Assembly (NCBI GenBank): GCA_964202905.1
Contig: CAXNJO010000004.1
Span: 529,273 to 593,272 of the forward strand
Length of the DNA stretch: 64,000 nt
Direction of reading: 5' to 3'
Origin: Polyangiales bacterium
Lineage (GTDB): Bacteria; Myxococcota_A; Polyangia; Polyangiales; JADJQN01
How positions within the stretch are numbered: position 1 is the stretch's first letter; every line of letters starts with the position of its first letter. Under the pieces are notes generated by a model. The model saw only the letters and a program-made list of their open reading frames with translations, did not search any database and was not told the origin of the DNA. This document shows positions 30,822 through 40,491 of this stretch, piece by piece. Made by a program: the position numbers and the translations under genes.

Positions 30822-31574
30822 TCAGCGGACGAGCGCGCGCACGGCGTCGACGTCGGTGAGCACGAGGCGACGGTGGTCGACGAGGAGCAGCTCACGGCGC
30901 TTCAGATCGCCGAGCGTCACCGTGACCGTCTCGCGGGTCGCGCCGATGTAGCTCGCGACCTCTTGGTGCGTGAACTTCACGCCAACGAGGACGCCGCGCG
31001 ACTCGGGGATGCCGTAATGCGTCGCCGCGTCGAGGAGAAACTCTGCGAGGCGCGACTCGACCGAGCGCGTGAGCAGCGCCTGCAAGCGCGCCTCGATCTC
31101 GCGACGGCGCTCGCCCATCACCGCGAGCAGGCGACGGCAAAACCCGGTGTGCGCGTCGAGCAGGCGTGCCACGAGGCGCGCAGGAATCATCACGGCCTCG
31201 ACGGTGTCCTGCGCGAGCGCGGAGTCCTCGTGCGTGTCTGCGCCGGCCACGCACGACTCTCCGAGGAGCTCGCCCGGACCGCGGTAGGCGAGGGTCACGA
31301 CGCGGTTCACGCCGCCGTACCGCACGACGCGCGTCCGGCCGCTCGCGACGACGAAGATCGCCTGCCCCGGCTCGTCGGCCTCGTAGAGCGCCCGCCGCCG
31401 CGCGAAACGCACGAGGGCGCTCTTGCGCACGACCTCCGCCATCGCCTCGACGGAGAGGGCCGCAAACACAGCGTTGCGCAGCAGCACCTGGCGCTTGCGC
31501 ACCTCTTGCTCGCTCCCACCGCCCCCCGCCCGTCCCTGTCCCTCGGTCCTCTTGGACGTGGGTGGTCGCTCCAT
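30822..31574 (-). CDS. Crp/Fnr family transcriptional regulator
   Basis: cNMP-binding domain (GPGELLGE), VESRLAEFL and HTH FTHQEVASYIGATRETVT. Confidence 0.9.
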   Translation of the reverse strand: MERPPTSKRTEGQGRAGGGGSEQEVRKRQVLLRNAVFAALSVEAMAEVVRKSALVRFARRRALYEADEPGQAIFVVASGRTRVVRYGGVNRVVTLAYRGPGELLGESCVAGADTHEDSALAQDTVEAVMIPARLVARLLDAHTGFCRRLLAVMGERRREIEARLQALLTRSVESRLAEFLLDAATHYGIPESRGVLVGVKFTHQEVASYIGATRETVTVTLGDLKRRELLLVDHRRLVLTDVDAVRALVR

Positions 31575-31676
31575 CCCCTTACCCTCCAGCGGACCGCAAC
31601 AGGGGGGCAGGGTGCGCGTCCTTCGCGCAGCGGTCAAGTACGGCATTGCCGCGCATATCGATGGGCGTGTCCGTCG

Positions 31677-31706
31677 TTGACTCACGGACGCACGGGCGAA
31701 TAGATT
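31677..31706 (+). promoter_or_regulatory. Putative promoter of the DUF507 gene
   Basis: TTGACT-N18-TAGATT. Confidence 0.4.
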
Positions 31707-31732
31707 GCCGGACCGCTCGGAGTGCGGTCCCC

Positions 31733-32245
31733 ATGCGCCTTTACATCGGCAAAGTGCCCGCCATGTCCGAAGAGATCCTCCGCGTCCTCATGGCGGACGA
31801 AGACCTCGAGGTCGAGAACGCCGAGGCCGCGCGCCTCGACATCGAGGCCGTGCTCCGCGAGCACGTGCGCCGCGATCGCGACGTCGGCGAAGAGGCCCGC
31901 AACCGCATGGAGTCGCGCGGGCTCGGCCACTCGCAGCTCGGCAAGGTGAAGTCGCAGATCGCGCGCGAGAAGGGCGTGCAGACGGGCGAGGACGCCCTGC
32001 CCTACCTCCTCGAGCAGATCCTGGAGATGCTCTTCCACTCGCAGAACATCGTGGAGATCTTCGCCGACGACACCACGCTCCGGAAGAAGATCACGCCGAT
32101 CCTCCGCAAGCACATGGACGTCGAGGGCGAGCTCGACACCGAGGTCCGCGGCCGCATCAAGAACCTCGAGGAGGGGACGGCCGCCTTCGACATCGAGTAC
32201 GCGAAGGTCCTCGACCAGATGCGCCGCAAGAAGGGCCTGACCTGA
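31733..32245 (+). CDS. DUF507 family protein
   Basis: MRLY start, two internal repeats and a C-terminal EEGTAAFDIEY...RRKKGL, as recalled for myxobacterial DUF507 proteins. Confidence 0.75.
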   Translation: MRLYIGKVPAMSEEILRVLMADEDLEVENAEAARLDIEAVLREHVRRDRDVGEEARNRMESRGLGHSQLGKVKSQIAREKGVQTGEDALPYLLEQILEMLFHSQNIVEIFADDTTLRKKITPILRKHMDVEGELDTEVRGRIKNLEEGTAAFDIEYAKVLDQMRRKKGLT

Positions 32246-32280
32246 CGCGCCCGCGGCGTGCTGCCCGACGCGCGCCGTGA

Positions 32281-32309
32281 TTGAGACCACCGGACGAAGC
32301 CCGTAAGCT
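32281..32309 (+). promoter_or_regulatory. Putative sigma70 promoter of gmk, probably leaderless
   Basis: TTGAGA-N17-TAAGCT, then 8 nt to the ATG at 32318; no SD. Confidence 0.55.
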
Positions 32310-32317
32310 CGCGCGCG

Positions 32318-32932
32318 ATGGACGACCTGCTGCTGCTGATCGTGTGCTCGCCTTCAGGCGCCGGGAAGACGACGCTCACGCGGCGCCTCCTCGCGGAGTT
32401 GCCGGGGCTGACGTTCTCGGTGTCGCACACGACGCGACGGCCGCGCGCGACTGAAGTGCACGGCAAGGACTACCACTTCGTCGCCCGTGAGGAGTTCGAG
32501 GCGATGGTCGCGCGCGGCGAGTTCGCCGAGTGGGCCGAGGTGCACGGCAACCTCTACGGCACGAGCAGCGCCGAGATCGCGCGCGCGCGGCGCGAGGGGA
32601 GACGCGGCGTCGTGTTCGACGTCGACTACCAGGGCGCGCGGCAGATCAAGGCGAAGCACAAGGAGGCCGTCGGCGTGTTCATCTTGCCGCCGTCCCTCGC
32701 GGAGCTCGAGCGACGCCTGCGCGGGCGCGCGTCCGAGGACGAGGCGACGATCCGGCGCCGCTTCGCGAAGGCGCTCGTCGAGATCGAGCACTACCCGTTG
32801 CTCGACTACCTCATCGTGAACGATGACCTCCACCGTGCCGGCGGTGATCTGCTCGGAGTCGTGCGCGCCGAGCTCTGCAAGCGCTGGCGCGTCGCGCCGG
32901 TCGCAGAGCAGCTGCTCCGCGAGAACCGCTGA
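32318..32932 (+). CDS. gmk: Guanylate kinase
   Basis: Motifs SPSGAGKTT, SVSHTTRRPR, GKDYHFV, EWAEVHGNLYGT, DVDYQGA and ILPPS. Confidence 0.96.
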   Translation: MDDLLLLIVCSPSGAGKTTLTRRLLAELPGLTFSVSHTTRRPRATEVHGKDYHFVAREEFEAMVARGEFAEWAEVHGNLYGTSSAEIARARREGRRGVVFDVDYQGARQIKAKHKEAVGVFILPPSLAELERRLRGRASEDEATIRRRFAKALVEIEHYPLLDYLIVNDDLHRAGGDLLGVVRAELCKRWRVAPVAEQLLRENR

Positions 32933-32967
32933 TCATGGGACGCTCGCAGCGCCGCGCGCGCGGCTGA

Positions 32968-34512
32968 TCACGAGCCTCGCGCGCGCAGGTCCTCGAGCAC
33001 CCCACGCGCGACCTTCGCCGCGAACGCGTAAATGCCGATCTGCGGCGGCCCGCCGATCGACGTCGGGAAGAGCGAGCCGTCGACGACGTAGACCGCGCGC
33101 GAGAAGTGGTGACGACCACGCTCGTCGACGACGCTCTGCGCGGGGTCGCGGCCCATGCGCAGCGTGCCCATCGGGTGTACGGCGGTGAGGCGGGCGTCGT
33201 GGGGCGCGAAGCGCTCCGGCGTGATCCGCACGAGGTCGCGCTCGGCGCGGATCGTGATGGCGGGCATCGCGGGGACGAGCACCTCGCGCGCGCCAGCCGC
33301 GAGCAGGATCCGCGCGGCGCCACGCGCGCCGAGGGCGAGCTGCGCGCGATCGGCGTCGGAGGGGACGTAGGCGATGCGCACGCGGTCCCCCTCGAGCGAG
33401 ACGCGCCCTTCCGTCTCGTCGTGCACCATCGCCGCGAGGGCGACGAGGTGCCCGTACCGCCGCAGCTGGCGGAAGAGCGACGGCCCAAAGCCGGGTATCT
33501 GCGCCGCCGTGCCGATCGGGTGCGCGAACGAAGGCACGAGCCACACGCGCCGCTCCGATCCGGGGCTGAGGTCGAGGAACTCCGTGCACTCGACGCTCTG
33601 CGGGATGCCGCGCCAGGCCTCGACGCGCTCGTCGAAGACGCCTGCGACCGCTGCGCCGGGGTGCACGCGCAGGGAGCGCCCGATGCGGCCATGCGGGTCG
33701 TGCAGTTCGCTGCGGAGCGCGAGCGCCGCCGACCCGATCGCGCTCCCCGCGAGGCACACCGCCCGGGCGCGCACCGTGAGCGTGCCGCGCGGGCGCCCCT
33801 CGGCGTCGAGCGTCGTCGCGCGGACGTGCCGGAGCACGCCGCGCTCGATGCGGATGCGATCGACGCGCGCGTCGGCGTACACGCGCGCCCCCGCGGCGAC
33901 GGCCTGCGGGATCAGCACGCGCCGGGCGTTGAGTTTGGCGTCGTACGCGCAGCCGAGTTCGCAGAAGCCGCTGCCGATGCACCGCTCGTCGCGGTTGTGC
34001 GAGAGGCGTCCGCCCCGGAAGCCGAGCGACTCGATACCACGCTGAAAGAGGGTGTTGGCACGGTTGACGTGCGGCACAGGGATCTCGCGCACGGACAACG
34101 CGCGCTCGACCTCGGCGAAGAGCGGCGCGAGCGTCTCCTCGCTCAACCCCGACAGGCCATGCTCGTCCCGCCACCGCGCGAGGATCTCGGGAGCGATGCG
34201 CTTGCAGAGGTTCGTGTTGTGCACGGTCGAGCCACCGAGACCGCGCCCGGAGAGCAGAAGCACCGCGAGGTCCTCGGTGCGGCGCCCCCCGAGCTCCGCG
34301 AAGAGCTCGGGGATCATCTCGTCCTCCCGCTGCGTGAAGTCCGAGGGCGCCTGGTCGCCGCCCTCCTCGAGCAACACCACCTCGAGCCCGCCGCGCGCGA
34401 GCTCGCGCGCCGCCATCGAGCCGCCCGCCCCCCCGCCGCAGACCACCACGTCGCACGACTCGGTGCGATCACCGGGGCCGAGCGCGCGGCCGCGCACGAG
34501 CCGCCCGGTCAC
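32968..34512 (-). CDS. GMC family oxidoreductase
   Basis: FAD motif DVVVCGGGAGG, LGGSTVHN, CELGCAYDAK, HPMGTLRMG and DGSLFPTS; GTG start overlaps the upstream stop. Confidence 0.9.
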   Translation of the reverse strand: MTGRLVRGRALGPGDRTESCDVVVCGGGAGGSMAARELARGGLEVVLLEEGGDQAPSDFTQREDEMIPELFAELGGRRTEDLAVLLLSGRGLGGSTVHNTNLCKRIAPEILARWRDEHGLSGLSEETLAPLFAEVERALSVREIPVPHVNRANTLFQRGIESLGFRGGRLSHNRDERCIGSGFCELGCAYDAKLNARRVLIPQAVAAGARVYADARVDRIRIERGVLRHVRATTLDAEGRPRGTLTVRARAVCLAGSAIGSAALALRSELHDPHGRIGRSLRVHPGAAVAGVFDERVEAWRGIPQSVECTEFLDLSPGSERRVWLVPSFAHPIGTAAQIPGFGPSLFRQLRRYGHLVALAAMVHDETEGRVSLEGDRVRIAYVPSDADRAQLALGARGAARILLAAGAREVLVPAMPAITIRAERDLVRITPERFAPHDARLTAVHPMGTLRMGRDPAQSVVDERGRHHFSRAVYVVDGSLFPTSIGGPPQIGIYAFAAKVARGVLEDLRARGS

Positions 34513-35120
34513 CGCGACCTCTCGCGCACACGCGGCGCGAGCCGTTCTGCGCCGACCCAGCCGCCGACCGGACGCCCGACGAGCGGGCCGTCGTAGCCGA
34601 GCCCCACCCAGCTCCGCGCGTCGCGGAAGTACCCCATCACGCAGAGGCTCTTCAACGCCTCGAACGCCCCCCGCAGGAGCGGCACGCGGCTCGTCATCAT
34701 CGCCGTGAGGACGACATCCTGCGCCGGCCCCGGCAGGCGCGTGAAGCGCGACGCGTAGCCGCTCCCGAGCGGCAGCACGTGCTCGACGACATGCAACAAA
34801 CGGAGGAGATCCGTGCGGTTGGCCGCGTCGAGCCGTGCGACGAGCCCGTCGACGAAGGGCGCGACGCCGACCTCGTCGGGGCTCGGCATGTCGGGCGCAT
34901 CCGGCCGCACGATCCGCGCGGCGATCGCCTGCACGACGAGGAACTCCTTCGGCCCGAGCGCGCGGAGGGTGCGCGCGGTCTCCGCCGGTACCTCGTAGCC
35001 CGACACGTTCCACGCAAGCACGCCGCCCACGGCGAGCGCCGCGCCGCCCGCGAGCCCGACGCGAAGGAAGCGCCGACGCCCGCGCGTTCGGTCGGGCGGA
35101 AGCTGGCTCGGTGCGCTCAC
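34509..35120 (-). CDS. Tat-signal partner protein (gluconate 2-dehydrogenase subunit 3-like)
   Basis: Twin-arginine signal GRRRFLRVG, RFTRL...QD and C-terminal YF...W..LGYDGP. Confidence 0.75.
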   Translation of the reverse strand: MSAPSQLPPDRTRGRRRFLRVGLAGGAALAVGGVLAWNVSGYEVPAETARTLRALGPKEFLVVQAIAARIVRPDAPDMPSPDEVGVAPFVDGLVARLDAANRTDLLRLLHVVEHVLPLGSGYASRFTRLPGPAQDVVLTAMMTSRVPLLRGAFEALKSLCVMGYFRDARSWVGLGYDGPLVGRPVGGWVGAERLAPRVRERSR

Positions 35121-35174
35121 GTCGCTACCCCTATCGCGGGCCTCGGGCCGACGCCAGATGCTACCGTCGGCGAC

Positions 35175-36764
35175 ATGGGGCAGCGCGCCGTCGTCGCCGG
35201 CACCGCGACCGCGTGGCACGCGGGTGTCGTCCGGGGAGCTGCGCTCGCGACGCTGGTGCTCGGCGCGGCGACCTTCCTCGCGTTCCCGCCCTCCGGGGCG
35301 CTCACCGCCACGCCACGCGCCCGGGCGCAGCGCGCGCCAGCGCTCCGCTTCCTCGACGCGGCGAACGCGCCCGCCGGCGCGCTCTTCGTCTCACGCGCGA
35401 TCACGAACGACGCGACCCTCCCGCGCCGCCCCGCGTGGGATGGGACGAGTGCCCGAGACGCCGACAATTTCCGCGTGGAGCTCGACGCCCCCGCAGACGC
35501 CGGACTGCGCGTGTCGGTGCGCCTCGAATCCATCGACCCCGCCACGGGTGTCGTGCGCGCGCGCCTCGCGACGCTCGCGCTCACCCGGCCGACGCCGGAC
35601 CTGCCGCTGCGGTCGACCTTCCTGCGGCTCGTCGCGGACGCGATCGACGCCGAGGCGCCCGGCGTCTCCGACCGCGTGCTGCGCGTGGCGCTCGGCGACG
35701 ACGTGCGGGCCTCGTGGGGCGAGGCGGGCGGCGCTGGGGCGAGCGCGACGCTGCAGGTCGGACGCACGGGCCCGGCGGGCACACCGCGCGGCACGCTCCG
35801 CGGCACCCTGCGCGTGCGCGTCTTGCGGTACACGTCGGGTGGCGAGCCCGCGATCCACCGCCGCATCGACCAAGCGATCGCGCTCGGACGCGCGCAGATC
35901 GCCATCGCGAACGAGGTCTGGGCACAGTGCGGGATCGGCTTCGGCGATCCGGAGGCCGCCGACGTCGCCGTGGTCGATCCCCCGCCGCCCTCGCTGCTCG
36001 CGTTCGGGGATGGCGACGGGCTCCCTGCCTCGGGGGGCGGTGCGATCCGGCTGTTCGTCGCGGGGCGCGCGCTTCCGGCCGTATTCACGCGTCCCGGCGA
36101 GCGTCCGGTCGGCACCGCGCTCCGCGTCGCGGCTGCGCTCCGCGCCGCAGGGTACGAGGCGCGCGTCTTCGAAAACCCGAGATCCGAGTCCGGCACCGGG
36201 CGCAGCGCGGACGTCGTCGTGCGGACCACCGACGGACGCCCGGCGTCACTCTCCGGCCCACCCGACGGGCCGCTTGCGACCGATCGTCGGCAGAGCGTCC
36301 TGCTCGGACGCGTGGACCTCACCGACGGCCTGACCGAGTTCGAGAACGCCACGTCGGCCGCCGGCACGCTCGAGGAACGCACCCTCATCCGCCTCGTCGC
36401 CGACGACGATCCCCGCACGATCGACGTCCTGATCGTGCCGCGCTTCAGCGGCGGCACACGTCAGGGGGAGGCGTTCATCGAGGGCGAGGACGGCGCGATC
36501 ACGAACGTCACGATCCTCGATCGCAACGGCCTGCTCCAGCAGCGCGCGAGCTGGTCCCAGGCCCACGAGCTGGGCCACGTCCTCCTCGATCAGGGGCTGC
36601 ATCCGGACAACGTCGGCGAGGATCGCCCCTGGCTGCTGATGGACGCCGACGCGAGCCTCGGTCTCGTCACCGGCCCCAAGCGACTCACCGAGGAGGAGTG
36701 CCTGCGCGCGCGCGTCGAGAGCGGCCCCGACGCCGCCCCCGCGCTGCTCACGCCGGTCCCGTGA
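35175..36764 (+). CDS. Secreted hypothetical protein with a C-terminal metzincin-like zinc motif
   Basis: N-terminal hydrophobic segment; AHELGHVLLDQGLH followed by a LLMD Met-turn-like motif. Confidence 0.65.
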   Translation: MGQRAVVAGTATAWHAGVVRGAALATLVLGAATFLAFPPSGALTATPRARAQRAPALRFLDAANAPAGALFVSRAITNDATLPRRPAWDGTSARDADNFRVELDAPADAGLRVSVRLESIDPATGVVRARLATLALTRPTPDLPLRSTFLRLVADAIDAEAPGVSDRVLRVALGDDVRASWGEAGGAGASATLQVGRTGPAGTPRGTLRGTLRVRVLRYTSGGEPAIHRRIDQAIALGRAQIAIANEVWAQCGIGFGDPEAADVAVVDPPPPSLLAFGDGDGLPASGGGAIRLFVAGRALPAVFTRPGERPVGTALRVAAALRAAGYEARVFENPRSESGTGRSADVVVRTTDGRPASLSGPPDGPLATDRRQSVLLGRVDLTDGLTEFENATSAAGTLEERTLIRLVADDDPRTIDVLIVPRFSGGTRQGEAFIEGEDGAITNVTILDRNGLLQQRASWSQAHELGHVLLDQGLHPDNVGEDRPWLLMDADASLGLVTGPKRLTEEECLRARVESGPDAAPALLTPVP

Positions 36765-38159
36765 TCACGCGTCGAGCGCCGCGCGGAGCGCCTCGGCAAG
36801 CGACGCGACCGACACGATCTCGAGCCCCGCACGCTCCTCGCGCGTGAGCCGCTGCGCGTTTCCTGCGGGCACGATCGCGCGCTGGAATCCCATGTTCTTC
36901 GACTCTGCGAGGCGAGGCGCGGCGCGCGGCACGGCGCGCACCTCCCCCGCGAGACCCACCTCGCCGAAGACCACCAACTCCGGGCCGACCGCGCGCTCCC
37001 GCAGGCTCGACACGACGGCGATCGCGAGCGCGAGGTCGAGCGCCGGCTCCTCGACGCGCGCGCCGCCGGCGACGCTCGCGAACACGTCGCGGTCGAGCAC
37101 GTGCACCTCCGCCTTGCGCTCGAGCACCGCGAGCAAAATCGCAAGGCGATTGCCATCGAGCCCCGTCGCGACGCGCCGTGCCGCCCCGTAGACCGCCGGC
37201 GCGACGAGCGCCTGGACCTCGACGAGCAGCGGCCGAGACCCCTCCGCCGTCGGGACGACGAGCGAACCGGCCGCCGCACGCGGACGCTCGGCGAGGAAGA
37301 GCTTGCTCGGGTCCGGGACCTCGCGCAGGCCCTCGCGGACCATCTCGAACACGGCGACCTCCTGCGCGGGGCCGAAGCGGTTCTTCGCGGAGCGCACCAG
37401 GCGGAAGGCGTGCGTGCGATCGCCCTCGAAGTTGAGCACCGTGTCGACGAGGTGCTCGAGCAGCTTCGGACCGGCGATGGCGCCATCCTTCGTGACGTGC
37501 CCGATGAGGAAGAGCGCGACCCCGCTCCGCTTCGCGAGGTCCACGAGGCGGGCGGTCACCTCCCGCAACTGTCCAACGCTCCCGGCCGCCGACTCGAGCG
37601 CGCCGGCGCGGATCGTCTGGATCGAATCGATGACCGCGACCTGCGGATGTTCGCGAGCGATCGCCGCCTCGACGTCCTCGAGCTCGGTAGTGGCCTGCAC
37701 GATCACGTCGCCGACCCCCGGGGTCTCGAGGCGCCGCGCGCGCAACGCGATCTGCGACGCGGACTCCTCGCCCGTCACGTAGAGCGTGCGGGCGCCCCGC
37801 GCCGCGAGGCCCGCGAGGGCCTGCATGAGCAGCGTCGACTTGCCGATCCCCGGGTCGCCCCCGACGAGCACGACGCTCCCCCCGACCACGCCGCCACCCA
37901 ACACGCGATCGAGCTCGCCGAGGCCCGTCGGCAGTCGACGCGCATCCTCCCCGCGCACCTCCGACAGCTTGATCGGTGCGCGATGCGCCTCGTCGCCCGT
38001 CCGCCCCGCCCCCGCTCGCCCTGCAACGCCCGGCCCCGCGCGCGCCCGCTCTTCGGCGAGCGTGCCCCACGCCTGACACTGTGGGCAGCGACCGAGCCAG
38101 CGGGGCGACGAGGCCCCGCAAGCCGTACAGACGTGGATCGACGCGGTCTTCTTGGTCAT
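36765..38159 (-). CDS. radA: DNA repair protein RadA/Sms
   Basis: C4 zinc finger, GGDPGIGKSTL, IDSIQT, AGPKLLEHLVD, KNRFG and GEVGLAGEVR motifs. Confidence 0.97.
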   Translation of the reverse strand: MTKKTASIHVCTACGASSPRWLGRCPQCQAWGTLAEERARAGPGVAGRAGAGRTGDEAHRAPIKLSEVRGEDARRLPTGLGELDRVLGGGVVGGSVVLVGGDPGIGKSTLLMQALAGLAARGARTLYVTGEESASQIALRARRLETPGVGDVIVQATTELEDVEAAIAREHPQVAVIDSIQTIRAGALESAAGSVGQLREVTARLVDLAKRSGVALFLIGHVTKDGAIAGPKLLEHLVDTVLNFEGDRTHAFRLVRSAKNRFGPAQEVAVFEMVREGLREVPDPSKLFLAERPRAAAGSLVVPTAEGSRPLLVEVQALVAPAVYGAARRVATGLDGNRLAILLAVLERKAEVHVLDRDVFASVAGGARVEEPALDLALAIAVVSSLRERAVGPELVVFGEVGLAGEVRAVPRAAPRLAESKNMGFQRAIVPAGNAQRLTREERAGLEIVSVASLAEALRAALDA

Positions 38160-38217
38160 GGGGCGCTGTTCGTTCGGGATCGCGCCGGGTTGCGACCCGC
38201 GCGGGCGCCCCGCGCGC

Positions 38218-40284
38218 TCAGAACTGCACGCCGAGGATGAGGCGCAGGGTCTGCGCGTTCTTCAACGCGGGATTGCCCGTCGCGACCTCGGAACCCGACG
38301 CGTTCGAGAGATAGCCGAGGCCCTGCATCGGGAAGAGCAGGCCGTACTGCGCCATCGCGTAGAAGCCGTCGAGGATCTCGGGGCCGTCCTCGCTGCGGTA
38401 GTAAATCGACGCATCGACCTCGACGCCGAGGTTCGCGTCGTTGCCCCAGGTCTGCACCGTCGAGGCAGCGCGGCTGTACACGAGGTCCACGCGCCCACCG
38501 AGCAGCTGGCCGAACTCACTCCGGAGGAAGTCGTAACTCACGCCCGGGCGGAAGTAGTAGGCGCCGCTCACCTGCCGGAGGATCGAGCGCCAGAGGATGA
38601 GGTCGACGCGGTAGTTCGGGTGGAAACGGAAGGTCGAGATCGCGCCGTCGCGTCCCGGAGCGCGCGCGCTCGAATCGACGAACGCGCCGAGCCCGTCGTT
38701 GGCCGCTTCCGAGTCGCCGCTCGCGAAGCCCGAGTTGAAGTGGAAGCCGAGTTTGTCGTCGAGCATCCGGTACTCGGCGTCGAGCGTGGCACCCCACTGC
38801 GCGAGGCGGAGGTTCGAGCCCGTGTACGCGGCGGCGCCGACGCCGTCGTTGATGTTCCCGATGCTGCCGAGCACCGCGGCGCCCTCGAGCTCCACGCGGA
38901 GCTTGCCGACCAGCAGCTGCGCCCAGACGTCGGGGATCCACTGCTCGGCGCGGCGCCGCACGAGGTAGGGATCGCTGCCGGTGCTGCCCGAAGGGGCCTC
39001 GCCCGTGGCCGAGACCCGGCGGTCGCTCGAGAGAAGCTGGTAGCGGTAGAGCAGGAACGCGCCCGTGTTGAGCACGAGGTCGCCGCGCGCGAGGGCCGCG
39101 CTCTGCTCCTCGGCCGTCGAGCGGCGCGCCACGGCGAACATGTACTGCGTGGCATCGTCCCGCTGCGCCGGATCGTACGGGAGCGCGTAATCGACGACGC
39201 GCCCGGCCTCGTCGGCGCGGAGACGGCCGATGACGCCGGAACTCGTGAAGTCGTAGGCCGCCATCAGATAGAGCCCGGCGAGCCGCGTGACGGCCATCAG
39301 TCGGTCGACGTCCGTGGAGTAGTCGCCGTCGAGGTTGTCCCCGGCGTTCGCGACCATGCCGAGACCCCAGTGCCAGCCCATGCGACCGAAGCGCAACTCG
39401 CCGAGCGTCCGGTTGCGCACCTCGGCCCACGCGCGGCGCGCGACCACGGTGTCGGTGAGCGCGCTCCCCCAGGAGGACGACGGCACCGCGGTCGTTCCTG
39501 GCCCGCCGGCCCCCGAGAAGATCGAGCGGCTGCCGTCGCCGCCGAGGATGGAGTCCGGGCTCGAGCCGAGGATCACGTTGTCGAAGACGTCGATCCACAT
39601 CTTCACGCGGACGTCGTCGCTCAAGTTGAGCTGCGGCATGAGCCGGAGGCGCATGTTCGCGCTCGCGAGCGCCTCGGTGTCGCACTCGCTCGACGCACAC
39701 CCGCCTGCCACGGCCGCGCGACGCTCGACAGGGACCCAGTTGTCGAAGGGCGTGAGCGCACCGCCCGGCGCCGGCGCGGACCAGGGCCGTCCGAGATCGA
39801 ACGTGTCCTGGAGGTCGCCGCGACCACGGAAGTAGCCATGCAGCGTGAAGACCGACTGGGGAGCCGTCCACGCGTCCGGCGCGCTCGCGTCGCTTTGCGC
39901 GTCCGACGAACCTCCCGAGAGCCGCGCCTCGTCGGCCTCCGGCGAGAGAAGCGTCTCGTCGCCCGGCTCGGTCGTCGCGGGGGCCCCGTCGCCCGTCGGC
40001 TCGGCCTCGTCGTCGCCCGCCGGTTCCGCGTCATCGTCGCCGGACGGCGTGACCCCGCTGAGATCGGGCGCTTCGAGCATCGGCGCGCGAAGCTGGGTCG
40101 GCTCGTCGCTCCCGGCGTCCTCCTCCTCGTCGTCCTCGGACTCGTCCGCATCCGCGGCGGGCGCCTCGGGAGCGGGTGCGGCGGGGCGCGCGTCGCGGGC
40201 GGGACGCGGGCGGGGCTGGGCGGCGGCGGGCAAGGCCAGCAGGGCCAGCCCGATCACGCAATTCGCGAGGAGGAATCGACGCAT
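38218..40284 (-). CDS. TIGR04551-family outer membrane beta-barrel protein
   Basis: Signal peptide, LHGYFRGR, FDNVILGSSP, RFGRMGWHWGLG, FRFHPNYRVDLILWR and a C-terminal Phe. Confidence 0.75.
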   Translation of the reverse strand: MRRFLLANCVIGLALLALPAAAQPRPRPARDARPAAPAPEAPAADADESEDDEEEDAGSDEPTQLRAPMLEAPDLSGVTPSGDDDAEPAGDDEAEPTGDGAPATTEPGDETLLSPEADEARLSGGSSDAQSDASAPDAWTAPQSVFTLHGYFRGRGDLQDTFDLGRPWSAPAPGGALTPFDNWVPVERRAAVAGGCASSECDTEALASANMRLRLMPQLNLSDDVRVKMWIDVFDNVILGSSPDSILGGDGSRSIFSGAGGPGTTAVPSSSWGSALTDTVVARRAWAEVRNRTLGELRFGRMGWHWGLGMVANAGDNLDGDYSTDVDRLMAVTRLAGLYLMAAYDFTSSGVIGRLRADEAGRVVDYALPYDPAQRDDATQYMFAVARRSTAEEQSAALARGDLVLNTGAFLLYRYQLLSSDRRVSATGEAPSGSTGSDPYLVRRRAEQWIPDVWAQLLVGKLRVELEGAAVLGSIGNINDGVGAAAYTGSNLRLAQWGATLDAEYRMLDDKLGFHFNSGFASGDSEAANDGLGAFVDSSARAPGRDGAISTFRFHPNYRVDLILWRSILRQVSGAYYFRPGVSYDFLRSEFGQLLGGRVDLVYSRAASTVQTWGNDANLGVEVDASIYYRSEDGPEILDGFYAMAQYGLLFPMQGLGYLSNASGSEVATGNPALKNAQTLRLILGVQF

Positions 40285-40491
40285 CGAGGGTTCTCCGCTC
40301 CGGATGCCGGGGGCCCCGGTCGCGGGGCACGGTGGCACCCCCCGCGGGGCTCGCCGGGCGGGCGGGTCTTACACGCCGTGATCGCGTGGGTCAACGTGAG
40401 TATTCGCGCGCTCGCGGCCACCCCGGGACGCAAATCCGCGACCACCACCTTGACGTACACCGCCTCTCCCGATTACCACGGAGTCCAAATC

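Noticed and set aside
30822..31574. Calling the Crp/Fnr regulator mrpC
   Set aside because: Only family-level similarity is visible, and there are no mrpAB neighbours.
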